From IMG/VR virus record IMGVR_UViG_3300044568_003163, positions 62,001 through 126,000 of that record: 64,000 nucleotides of DNA; one strand, given 5' to 3'. Every line of letters begins with the position of its first letter. Positions within the stretch are counted from its first letter, which is position 1. The notes beneath the pieces are model-generated. The model ran no database searches and had not been told where the DNA came from. It saw only the letters and a program-made list of their open reading frames with translations. The position numbers and the translations under genes were made by a program. Below are positions 1 through 6,872 of the stretch, in pieces.

Positions 1-269
1 TCACGGAATTCCTCATCTTTTACGTTTCTCCAAAGATCTGGTGTAACTCCGATAAGTTCACCAGCTAATCCTCTCTTTTCCCACATTGCTTGCATTTTAG
101 CAAGTCCAGCATGTCTCCATGAAGAACTCATTACAATCTTAGCTCCAGTTTCATCTACAATTCGTTTTAGATTGTCCATGAAATGTTGATGGAATATTTG
201 ACCAAACTCATCGTGACCTTGTCCTATCACGTTAAGCACTCCGTCGATATCAAGAAATATTACTTTCAT
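1..269 (-). CDS. HAD-family phosphatase (Swiss-army-knife RNA repair HAD type), partial
   Basis: Manual translation MKVIFLDIDGVLN...IVMSSSWR has the DxDGVL and SSSWR motifs; runs off the window. Confidence 0.8.
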   Translation of the reverse strand, partial: MKVIFLDIDGVLNVIGQGHDEFGQIFHQHFMDNLKRIVDETGAKIVMSSSWRHAGLAKMQAMWEKRGLAGELIGVTPDLWRNVKDEEFR

Positions 270-535
270 AACTTAAAGTATTTGCCTACTTTATCTAGCA
301 TTACCATATCTCGATTATCTTTAAAGGGCAGATCATCAATATCTTCGTATAAGTTTTGAACAAATACGTCTGCTTTATTTTTTGCAATGTAATTATTAAG
401 TTCCTTACGTTTTAAAGCAATTACAATTTCTTTAAGTTCGTCGACAGATAAGCCATCCAAATCACCAGATCCATCACTATAAACTTTGATTTCTCGAGCA
501 AGTGTAATAATAAAATTTGGTGATGATTTAACCAT
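266..535 (-). CDS. hypothetical protein
   Basis: ORF track; overlaps neighbours in operon fashion. Confidence 0.6.
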   Translation of the reverse strand: MVKSSPNFIITLAREIKVYSDGSGDLDGLSVDELKEIVIALKRKELNNYIAKNKADVFVQNLYEDIDDLPFKDNRDMVMLDKVGKYFKL

Positions 536-707
536 TTGATTTGTTCATTACGATTCCTAATTTATTCATATCAGCAAGATTTCCTTTAACATACTTTTTA
601 TTCCATTCTCCGTATGATAGGTTATAATTAATTTCCACCCAAAGATTAAAACCGCCAAACCATCTGCGAGTCCAAAAGTATTTTCCTGTTAGTCTTTTTT
701 CGTTCAT
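528..707 (-). CDS. hypothetical protein (59 aa, not in ORF track)
   Basis: Manual translation MNEKRLTGKYFWTRRWFGG...; fills the gap between adjacent ORFs. Confidence 0.55.
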   Translation of the reverse strand: MNEKRLTGKYFWTRRWFGGFNLWVEINYNLSYGEWNKKYVKGNLADMNKLGIVMNKSNG

Positions 708-1000
708 ATTAATTGGCCGTTTTCAATTTCTTCGGATCTCTTCAATAAACTAACTTCCTTTCTAATTTCACGTCTCCACCATTCCTTTGTAAGCTTAGGA
801 TTATGAATGTCCTTATAAATAGTAAATGCTACTTTAGGTTTTGCAATTTCTATTTCTTCACCCCATAAAATCCATTTCTTACGTTTAGTAATTTCCATAC
901 CATCGTAAAACTCGGTATATTCATAACTGTCGCATTCATTAGCTTCGCATTGAACGGCATATTGAAATTTTCTACCGTCGATTTCTATTTCTTTTAACAT
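704..1000 (-). CDS. hypothetical protein
   Basis: ORF track. Confidence 0.6.
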   Translation of the reverse strand: MLKEIEIDGRKFQYAVQCEANECDSYEYTEFYDGMEITKRKKWILWGEEIEIAKPKVAFTIYKDIHNPKLTKEWWRREIRKEVSLLKRSEEIENGQLI

Positions 1001-1191
1001 TATTCATTAGATATTAAGGCACCTAGCCAAGTTAATTCAAGTCCAACAACAAGTATTCTTCCACCGATAGAGTCAAATAACCACCAATGCATAGGATTAA
1101 AGTCCATAGCAACGAAAGAACCTACTACATAACATGATATATGCAATAGAATATAAAGCGCGAGTTTAAATAGATTTCTCTTCATTATCAA
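1000..1191 (-). CDS. small membrane protein
   Basis: Two hydrophobic segments. Confidence 0.55.
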   Translation of the reverse strand: MIMKRNLFKLALYILLHISCYVVGSFVAMDFNPMHWWLFDSIGGRILVVGLELTWLGALISNE

Positions 1192-1411
1192 GTATTTGAT
1201 TTTGGGTAGTATTAACTGATGCCGGAAATAACATTCGAGTAAGTAACATCATTAAGAACATATCGTTATACGATACGAAAGGTCCATCAAAAATTCTTGG
1301 TACAGTAAGATTCCAAAGAATCATGGTTGGAAATGCAAATACGGCAATTACAATAGCAGCAAGAATAAAATACTGAAAAGTTGCACTTATTCCGAGTAAG
1401 ATTGTCTTCAT
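1166..1411 (-). CDS. small membrane protein
   Basis: Two hydrophobic segments; directly downstream of a promoter cassette. Confidence 0.6.
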   Translation of the reverse strand: MKTILLGISATFQYFILAAIVIAVFAFPTMILWNLTVPRIFDGPFVSYNDMFLMMLLTRMLFPASVNTTQNQILDNEEKSI

Positions 1412-1443
1412 AATAAATAGTTTATTGTTATATGTTTGAAAGA

Positions 1444-1501
1444 GTAAATATAATCAACATTATCTAAAAATGAAAACTTTAGAGCATTTAGTTATTAACA
1501 A
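1444..1501 (-). promoter_or_regulatory. class I promoter cassette (TTGTTAATAAC box + TAnnTTTR -7 element)
   Basis: gttattaacaa at 1491, -7 element at 1445; offset 46. Confidence 0.65.
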
Positions 1502-1508
1502 ATACAAC

Positions 1509-1534
1509 AAAAGCTCAATCTTACGATTAAGCTT
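1509..1534 (-). terminator. intrinsic terminator ending the tRNA array
   Basis: AAAGCTTAATC-GTAA-GATTGAGCTTTT hairpin with U tail on the minus strand. Confidence 0.7.
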
Positions 1535-1592
1535 TATCGAAGGTATATTAGGCCATACCAATAACCAGGACCTTTTCCCTAGGGAAATGTCG

Positions 1593-1675
1593 TGACCAAA
1601 GAGGGACTCGAACCCTCACGCTCAAAGAGCACCAGCTTCTTAGACTGGCGTGTCTACCAATTCCACCACTCGGCC
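1593..1675 (-). tRNA. tRNA-Leu(AAG)
   Basis: Cloverleaf with long variable arm; loop CT-AAG-AA. Confidence 0.85.
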
Positions 1676-1677
1676 GT

Positions 1678-1802
1678 AATGAGCAATCCTATGGAATTAC
1701 TGCAGTTTATCCAAAGGTCGTATATAGCTTGCAGACTAAGATTCTGCTGGATTTTCACCTTCATAAAGCTGGATATCAACGACCCTTATCGCGATTCTCA
1801 TT
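1678..1802 (-). ncRNA. candidate structured ncRNA
   Basis: Nested stems AATGAG/CTCATT, GGTCGT/ACGACC, AGCTT/AAGCT, GCAGA/TCTGC. Confidence 0.5.
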
Positions 1803-1803
1803 G

Positions 1804-1877
1804 TACCCGAGATGGGACTCGAACCCACACTGTACAGGGTTTAAGTCTGATGCCTCTTCCAATTGGGCTACCCGGGC
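1804..1877 (-). tRNA. tRNA-Leu(TAA), short variable loop
   Basis: Cloverleaf; loop CT-TAA-AC; weak anticodon stem. Confidence 0.7.
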
Positions 1878-1880
1878 AAA

Positions 1881-2003
1881 TTAAAGAAGTAAGAAAATGA
1901 ACTCCTTAACAGCTGAACGTTCAATAACTTTAAGAATCATTTTGCTTGTATCTCTAGGATTTGCAACTCCTATAAATTCACAAAATGCTTTTTGTTTATT
2001 CAT
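1881..2003 (-). CDS. 40-aa small ORF
   Basis: MNKQKAFCEFIGVANPRDTSKMILKVIERSAVKEFIFLLL. Confidence 0.4.
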   Translation of the reverse strand: MNKQKAFCEFIGVANPRDTSKMILKVIERSAVKEFIFLLL

Positions 2004-2044
2004 TATTGTTCATTTCAATTTTGTTATTGCATTATTAGGAATAA

Positions 2045-2116
2045 CGATACTATAGGACTCGAACCTATACCTTCCAGCTCGCTCGCCGGAATTCTACCAA
2101 ATTAAACTAAATACCA
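2045..2116 (-). ncRNA. tRNA-like element with non-canonical anticodon loop
   Basis: D arm and T arm (ATAGGTTCGAGTCCTAT) present; 6-nt loop GAGCGA lacks U33. Confidence 0.5.
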
Positions 2117-2153
2117 ACCTTTTTATCTCAATAACAAAAGATGTCCTTCTTTG

Positions 2154-2226
2154 TACCTAAGGAGGGATTCGAACCCACACTGTCATGCTCCTAAGGCATG
2201 TGCCTCTTCCGTTGGGCTACTTAGGC
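2154..2226 (-). tRNA. tRNA-Leu(TAG), short variable loop
   Basis: CATGC-CTTAGGA-GCATG. Confidence 0.85.
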
Positions 2227-2231
2227 AAATT

Positions 2232-2307
2232 GGTAAGTGATGGCCTACTTGTTACCATCTGTCTCTGTTTAGTTGCAACCACTAATCCTGAATGTAGAGA
2301 ACTTACC
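2232..2307 (-). ncRNA. candidate structured ncRNA
   Basis: Closing stem GGTAAGT/ACTTACC with internal hairpins. Confidence 0.4.
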
Positions 2308-2434
2308 TTTTGTTTTATGTTAGCTAATAAACATTGTTTCTAATGTTATTAACATCATCTTTTTAATTTTTGTACATTATAATATACATTAAGCCACAAT
2401 ATGACGTGTTTTGTATATTATAGTGTACATTTTG

Positions 2435-2507
2435 AGCTGACAATCAGGATCGAACTGATGACCTCTTCGATACCAACGAAGTGTTCTTCCAACTGAACTA
2501 TGTCTGC
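2435..2507 (-). tRNA. tRNA-Thr(GGT)
   Basis: CTTCG-TTGGTAT-CGAAG. Confidence 0.85.
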
Positions 2508-2515
2508 ATATTACA

Positions 2516-2612
2516 GGGTTGTTAATTACCTCTTTCGAGGATTTCGGAGTTGAACCGATAGACAAAATTTCAAGTTTCGTGTTTAACCAATAGTTGTTTG
2601 CTGAAACAACCC
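2516..2612 (-). ncRNA. tRNA-core-like RNA without acceptor stem
   Basis: GGGTTGTT/AACAACCC closure around D-like, anticodon-like (CTTGAAA) and T-like arms. Confidence 0.5.
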
Positions 2613-2617
2613 TTTTG

Positions 2618-2691
2618 AGCTGACAGTCAGGATCGAACTGACTCTGTTCCGGGTTACAAATCCGGTGCACCACCATTCATGCGTTGCCAGC
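2618..2691 (-). tRNA. tRNA-Thr(TGT)
   Basis: Loop TT-TGT-AA; cloverleaf. Confidence 0.85.
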
Positions 2692-2701
2692 ATATGTTTC
2701 G

Positions 2702-2772
2702 TTGGGATACTAGGTTTCGAACCTAGGCGGACTGGCTCAAAACCAGTAATGCTACCGTTACATCATATCCCA
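2702..2772 (-). tRNA. tRNA-Gln(TTG)
   Basis: ACTGG-TTTTGAG-CCAGT. Confidence 0.85.
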
Positions 2773-2778
2773 ATGTAG

Positions 2779-2849
2779 TTATCCGAGGTGGATTCGAACC
2801 ACCAATGACTGCACCAAAAACAGTAGTGTTACCGTTACACTATCGGACA
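2779..2849 (-). tRNA. tRNA-Gln(TTG)
   Basis: ACTGT-TTTTGGT-GCAGT. Confidence 0.85.
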
Positions 2850-2850
2850 G

Positions 2851-2924
2851 TGACCATAATAGGATTCGAACCTATAACCGCTGGTTTAGAAAACCAGTGC
2901 TCTATCCAATTGAGCTATATGGCC
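2851..2924 (-). tRNA. tRNA-Arg(TCT)
   Basis: CTGGT-TTTCTAA-ACCAG. Confidence 0.9.
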
Positions 2925-2995
2925 AATTAAGTTCTCCAACCCTGGAACTTATACATATCATCATTAAGCGGTCACATAGAATGTGAGATATGTTG

Positions 2996-3081
2996 AAGAG
3001 AAGATGGGACTCGAACCCACAAACCGAATTAACGGTTAACGGATTAGCAATCCGCTGCAGTACCATTATGCTTACTTCTCT
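2996..3081 (-). tRNA. tRNA-Ser(GCT)
   Basis: GCGGA-TTGCTAA-TCCGT; long variable arm. Confidence 0.9.
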
Positions 3082-3086
3082 ATAAA

Positions 3087-3187
3087 AAGTTAAAGGCAGA
3101 ATTCCAAATCTGCATTTTTATTCTAAAACGAGAATAACGTGAGTTTTATCGATACGTCTATCGAGGCAATTATCACTACTTTAACTT
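3087..3187 (-). ncRNA. candidate multibranch ncRNA
   Basis: AAGTTAAAG/CTTTAACTT closure with three internal hairpins. Confidence 0.45.
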
Positions 3188-3189
3188 AA

Positions 3190-3279
3190 TGGAGGAGAGA
3201 GTGGGATTCGAACCCACGGAACGCTTTCACGCTCAATAGTTTTCAAGACTATCCTAATCAACCTCTCTAGCACCTCTCC
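3190..3279 (-). tRNA. tRNA-Ser(TGA)
   Basis: ATAGT-CTTGAAA-ACTAT; long variable arm; CCA encoded. Confidence 0.9.
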
Positions 3280-3285
3280 ATTATT

Positions 3286-3363
3286 TGGGGTGGAAGACGG
3301 GACTCGAACCCGCGATCTCTAGAACCACAATCTAGCGCTTTAACCAACTAAGCTACAACCACC
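3286..3363 (-). tRNA. tRNA-His(GTG)
   Basis: CTAGA-TTGTGGT-TCTAG; G-1; CCA encoded. Confidence 0.9.
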
Positions 3364-3374
3364 ATGTATAAAAC

Positions 3375-3409
3375 AAAAAAGCTCGATTCATTTGATAGAA
3401 CCGAGCTTT
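3375..3409 (-). terminator. attenuator terminator 1
   Basis: AAAGCTCGGTTC...GAATCGAGCTTTTTT just upstream of tRNA-His. Confidence 0.85.
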
Positions 3410-3443
3410 GCAATTTAGTATTTATATTTTCACATAAGAACCA

Positions 3444-3518
3444 TCACACTTCGGTACTGTTTTCAGATCTTGTTAGATGCTGAAGCGACGTTAACGATAA
3501 TGTACTTGAAGTTCTCAT
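3444..3518 (-). CDS. putative attenuator leader peptide 1 (MRTSSTLSLTSLQHLTRSENSTEV)
   Basis: Lies between promoter and terminator; codons 2-18 are only R/T/S/L/Q/H. Confidence 0.75.
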   Translation of the reverse strand: MRTSSTLSLTSLQHLTRSENSTEV

Positions 3519-3550
3519 TGTTTGTAATTTATTATTTTTTATATATACTG

Positions 3551-3578
3551 TTATATGTCTAAAATTGCTGAGAGTTTC
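3551..3578 (-). promoter_or_regulatory. class II promoter GAAAC-N16-CATATAA
   Basis: Same motif and spacer recur at 6140, 9470, 44907 and 56117. Confidence 0.7.
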
Positions 3579-3603
3579 AAAAAACTTTCAATTTATTTTC
3601 TAG

Positions 3604-3700
3604 TGAAGACAATTGGGATCGAACCAATGGCACGCCTATGTTCCTTATCGATCATACCAATAAGTACTGAAGGTTGCTCTACCAACTGAGCTATATCTTC
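3604..3700 (-). ncRNA. tRNA-like RNA with expanded anticodon domain
   Basis: Intact acceptor, D and T arms; no 7-nt anticodon loop. Confidence 0.65.
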
Positions 3701-3705
3701 ATTTG

Positions 3706-3776
3706 TAGCGGATTAAGGACTCGAACCTCGCCATTGGGTTATGAGCCCGATATGCTACCAATTACACTAAACCGCA
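3706..3776 (-). tRNA. tRNA-Met(CAT), initiator-like, divergent
   Basis: GGG-CTCATAA-CCC; 1:72 mismatch. Confidence 0.65.
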
Positions 3777-3917
3777 AGATGACCTTAAGGATTCGAACCT
3801 TTAACTTGTTTCCTCTTTTAGTTTTGCAAACCTACTCAATTCTACCGTGCCCAATACACTATTGCCAATCGTCATTTTCGAACATGACAGCCTTAAGTTA
3901 ATTACTCTTAAGATTTG

Positions 3918-3989
3918 TAGTCCCACCGGGAATCGAACCCGACTTTTCAGGATGAAAACCTGATGACCTAACCGATAGTCGATAGGACC
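3918..3989 (-). tRNA. tRNA-Glu(TTC)
   Basis: TCAGG-TTTTCAT-CCTGA. Confidence 0.9.
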
Positions 3990-4077
3990 AATTAAGTTAT
4001 ATCAAATTCTCCCGCAGAGATACCGACCCATTGCTGAGCCAGAGAGGACTTGAACCTCTGATTCTCAATAACTAATT
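3990..4077 (-). ncRNA. circularly permuted tRNA-like RNA (YrlA-type topology)
   Basis: Order is stem, T arm, GCAA-capped acceptor-like stem, TA, D-like arm, stem. Confidence 0.55.
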
Positions 4078-4173
4078 TAAAAGAATTAAAGAGTAGAGCT
4101 CTTCAACGATTTCGGCATTTCAGCTGGATCTTTATGCCAACTTCCTAATCCTTAGTCCGTTTAATTCTTGTAG

Positions 4174-4247
4174 TATTATGTACGGGACTCGAACCCGTGT
4201 TATCAACGTGAAAGGCTGACGTCCTAGACCAACTAGACGAACATAAC
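4174..4247 (-). tRNA. tRNA-Glu(TTC)
   Basis: TCAGC-CTTTCAC-GTTGA. Confidence 0.85.
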
Positions 4248-4251
4248 ATTT

Positions 4252-4464
4252 TTAAGCTTCTTCAGAGACAAGTCCTAAAACTTCTTCTCTGTAAATTTTA
4301 TTCAATTCACTTACTTCAATATCGATATTCGTTTGTGGATATCGGTGAAGTAAAATCTTAACTAATCTGATTCGTTTCTCAGCCAAATCTTGATTAAAGT
4401 CCATTTCAATCATTGCATCACTTAAATGAGATTGAATTGCGATTGATAATTTGATAGTTTCCAT
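4252..4464 (-). CDS. hypothetical protein
   Basis: ORF directly after a class I promoter. Confidence 0.65.
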   Translation of the reverse strand: METIKLSIAIQSHLSDAMIEMDFNQDLAEKRIRLVKILLHRYPQTNIDIEVSELNKIYREEVLGLVSEEA

Positions 4465-4488
4465 AATGTGATTGTTTAATTTTAATAA

Positions 4489-4546
4489 GTAAAACTAATC
4501 AATTTAATTGACATATGGAAATTATTTTTCAAAAAGTTATTAACAA
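4489..4546 (-). promoter_or_regulatory. class I promoter cassette
   Basis: Box at 4536; offset 46. Confidence 0.65.
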
Positions 4547-4558
4547 TTTTAAAATAAA

Positions 4559-4732
4559 AAGTTTGTCACCGGCACAGATTGGTGAATACCCAAGTACAAC
4601 CGAATGTACCCGATACCTTACTAACAAAATGAACGGATCTGTGTTTCCTGTATGCGGCAAGTGACCTCCTTCCTTGCTTGTGTTTCCGTATCGATGTGTG
4701 CGGCAACATACCATTTTGAGTTCAACAAACTT
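4559..4732 (-). ncRNA. candidate ~175-nt structured ncRNA
   Basis: AAGTTTGT/ACAAACTT closing stem; GC-richer than flanks; follows tRNA-fMet. Confidence 0.4.
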
Positions 4733-4736
4733 CTTG

Positions 4737-4809
4737 TAGCGGGAGCAGGACTCGAACCTGCGACCTTTGGGTTATGAGCCCACTGAGCTACCAACTGCTC
4801 TATCCCGCA
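4737..4809 (-). tRNA. tRNA-fMet(CAT)
   Basis: GGG-CTCATAA-CCC; unpaired 1:72. Confidence 0.85.
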
Positions 4810-4835
4810 ATATACCTTTTAAGTAGAACCATCAA

Positions 4836-5027
4836 CTATATTTCTGTTGATGATTCTAATTGTCTTAATTTTAAACCTTCTTCAATTGTTTGAATGATGT
4901 CCTCAATTATTTGAGCTCGCGTAACATCAAAGTTACCATTCATTCCATTCAAATCTTTTGCATCAATTGCAATAGATCCTACTGACTTACCGTCTTTCTG
5001 TAATTCAATTACTAATGTATCAAACAT
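4836..5027 (-). CDS. hypothetical protein
   Basis: ORF track; class II-like promoter at 5050-5077. Confidence 0.6.
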   Translation of the reverse strand: MFDTLVIELQKDGKSVGSIAIDAKDLNGMNGNFDVTRAQIIEDIIQTIEEGLKLRQLESSTEI

Positions 5028-5092
5028 AATATAGCTTTTTATTTAATTGTTTTATGCAATTTGAAATAAATTGTTTCTCTTCTTATTAACAT

Positions 5093-5551
5093 CTATCTAC
5101 AGATTCTATCAGCTACATATGAAGCCGAGCATGCATCTGGTTTACATCTAGCGTTATAACCTAATGATTCTACATAACCTAAAGCAGAACGCAGAATTGA
5201 ATTAGATTGATACTTAGGGTCTGGATTAAAATCCAAATCAATAAATGCAGGTTTTTCAATATCATTAGCTTCAAGCCATTGAGCTAATTCAACTGAATCT
5301 TCTACCTCTTTCCAAAGTCTAGTAAATCTATCTAAGATTCTAGGAATTGATTTACGAGAGTAGATAACGTGACCTCCTCGATTACCGTAATGTAAAACAA
5401 TAACCATTGCGTAAATTGTATTTCTTCCAATATTTTGCGAATCTGAACCGATATACATTTTGATGTCTTTACCAGTTGCGAGTTTGTCCTTTAAATAAGG
5501 AATTAAGTCAATTACTTGACCGTTTGTTAACGATTGAAATTTCCGGTCCAT
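5093..5551 (-). CDS. RNase H-like protein, YkuK/DUF458 family
   Basis: IGSDSQ, RLWKEVEDS, IDLDFN and ADR motifs. Confidence 0.8.
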   Translation of the reverse strand: MDRKFQSLTNGQVIDLIPYLKDKLATGKDIKMYIGSDSQNIGRNTIYAMVIVLHYGNRGGHVIYSRKSIPRILDRFTRLWKEVEDSVELAQWLEANDIEKPAFIDLDFNPDPKYQSNSILRSALGYVESLGYNARCKPDACSASYVADRICR

Positions 5552-5571
5552 GATTATTAAATTTATGTTAG

Positions 5572-5642
5572 AGGCGAGTATAGGATTCGAACCTATGTAA
5601 CTGATTTTGCAGACCAGCGCCTAACCGCTCGGCCAACTCGCC
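5572..5642 (-). tRNA. tRNA-Cys(GCA)
   Basis: CTGGT-CTGCAAA-ATCAG; U73. Confidence 0.9.
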
Positions 5643-5647
5643 ATTTG

Positions 5648-5719
5648 TGACTCTAGAGAGACTCGAACTCCCATCTCCTGATCCGTAGTCAAGTGTTCTA
5701 TCCATTGAACTATAGAGCC
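5648..5719 (-). tRNA. tRNA-Arg(ACG)
   Basis: CTTGA-CTACGGA-TCAGG. Confidence 0.9.
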
Positions 5720-5728
5720 ATTATTTTG

Positions 5729-5801
5729 TCGGGAAGACAGGACTCGAACCTGCGGCCTCATGCTCCCAAAGCACGCGATCTACCAACTGATCTACTTCCC
5801 G
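5729..5801 (-). tRNA. tRNA-Pro(TGG)
   Basis: CGTGC-TTTGGGA-GCATG. Confidence 0.9.
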
Positions 5802-5848
5802 TGGCAGAGAGGCTTTTGAAGTGCCCTGCTAGTTCATCTTTTAATTTG

Positions 5849-5922
5849 TCGAATAGACAGGAATCGAACCTGCTAACTGATACGTCCAAGGTACCCGTGC
5901 TTAAAACCTTAGTCACTACTCG
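5849..5922 (-). tRNA. tRNA-Pro(TGG), divergent
   Basis: GGTAC-CTTGGAC-GTATC; atypical D arm. Confidence 0.7.
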
Positions 5923-5931
5923 TTTAAAAAC

Positions 5932-5967
5932 AAAAAAGCCTGAATCGGTTGAATGATTCAGGCTTTT
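5932..5967 (-). terminator. attenuator terminator 2
   Basis: AAAAGCCTGAATC...GATTCAGGCTTTTTT just upstream of tRNA-Pro. Confidence 0.85.
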
Positions 5968-5988
5968 ATATGATGATGTTACTTTATA

Positions 5989-6084
5989 TCATTCAAAAAC
6001 CTGCATACCATTCTCACATGCCTCAGGACGAGGGCATTCTACTGTTAACTGCGATGTTGTTAGTATGTGTGAAAGTATTAACAT
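5989..6084 (-). CDS. putative attenuator leader peptide 2 (MLILSHILTTSQLTVECPRPEACENGMQVFE)
   Basis: Lies between promoter and terminator; E-C-P-R-P-E-A-C-E core. Confidence 0.7.
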   Translation of the reverse strand: MLILSHILTTSQLTVECPRPEACENGMQVFE

Positions 6085-6139
6085 TTTAATTTTTATTAGC
6101 AAAGACTCTTTATCTTTGTTTAGTTCTTTTATATATCTT

Positions 6140-6167
6140 TTATATGTTCCGTTATTGCGGAAGTTTC
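6140..6167 (-). promoter_or_regulatory. class II promoter GAAAC-N16-CATATAA
   Basis: Exact motif. Confidence 0.7.
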
Positions 6168-6316
6168 AAAATTATTTTATTCTTTTCTATTTGTGCTTTA
6201 ATCTTAGCAATCTTTTCTGGACTAGGATTTCTATCTATCGTATACGAAACACCCATCTTGTCCATGTAATCGTAAAGAAGTTGCATATCTTCATTAGTAG
6301 TTTTAGTTGTTTTCAT
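6152..6316 (-). CDS. 54-aa hypothetical protein (not in ORF track)
   Basis: MKTTKTTNEDMQLLYDYMDKMGVSYTIDRNPSPEKIAKIK... Confidence 0.55.
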   Translation of the reverse strand: MKTTKTTNEDMQLLYDYMDKMGVSYTIDRNPSPEKIAKIKAQIEKNKIILKLPQ

Positions 6317-6328
6317 AATAACTATTTG

Positions 6329-6402
6329 AGCGGATATTCGGATTCGAACCGAAACTTCAGACTTGGAAGGCCCACGTGCTAGCCGTTAAACACCATACCC
6401 GC
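6329..6402 (-). tRNA. tRNA-Gly(TCC)
   Basis: TGGGC-CTTCCAA-GTCTG. Confidence 0.85.
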
Positions 6403-6412
6403 ATTTTGTTTG

Positions 6413-6485
6413 AGCAATAAATCAGATTCGAACTGACGACCTCTACCTTGGCAAGGTAATGCTCTACCAACTGAGCTATTATTGC
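6413..6485 (-). tRNA. tRNA-Gly(GCC)
   Basis: TTACC-TTGCCAA-GGTAG. Confidence 0.9.
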
Positions 6486-6552
6486 ATTTGAAGGACTTGC
6501 ACCTTCTGGACATGGTTTGTTTCGCCTAAGTCGCCATGTCAACAGACCCGAG

Positions 6553-6624
6553 AGGGCAGAGTGAGATTCGAACTCACGACCAGTTGATTAACAGTCAACT
6601 GCTCTACCGCTGAGCTATCCACCC
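6553..6624 (-). tRNA. tRNA-Asn(GTT)
   Basis: GTTGA-CTGTTAA-TCAAC. Confidence 0.9.
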
Positions 6625-6630
6625 TTATTG

Positions 6631-6741
6631 CAGGAATGTAAGGAATCGAACCTTAGCATCTTCCGAGACAGGGAGTAATTTATGCAGAATACAATCTTCG
6701 CAGATTGAGTTTTAAGCGTGCTACCATTACACCACATTCCT
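6631..6741 (-). ncRNA. tRNA-like RNA with ~60-nt replacement of the anticodon domain
   Basis: Perfect acceptor, D and T arms; internal CAATCT-GCGA-AGATTG hairpin. Confidence 0.7.
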
Positions 6742-6749
6742 GTATTTTG

Positions 6750-6866
6750 TGGGCTCATATGGGCTCGAACCATAATCTCTTCCTAATGACATCCTACCAT
6801 ACTAAAAAGGAATCGAACCTTAGACTCATTATCGAGAAAGCGCTTTGCCAATTAAGCTAATCGCCC
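6750..6866 (-). ncRNA. tRNA-like RNA with a second T-loop/D-loop inside the anticodon domain
   Basis: TAATGA/TCATTA stem encloses AAGGTTCGATTCCTT and AGTATGGTAG. Confidence 0.65.
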
Positions 6867-6872
6867 ATGTAG

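Noticed and set aside
3778-3900. Possible extra tRNA-Cys
   Set aside because: A T-arm and TTGCAAA are present but the acceptor, D and anticodon stems do not pair convincingly; at most a remnant
1592-6542. ORF-track calls over tRNAs (1592+, 2389-, 3674+, 5693+, 6065+, 6357-)
   Set aside because: They overlap clear tRNA cloverleaves or better minus-strand ORFs and have no protein-like features
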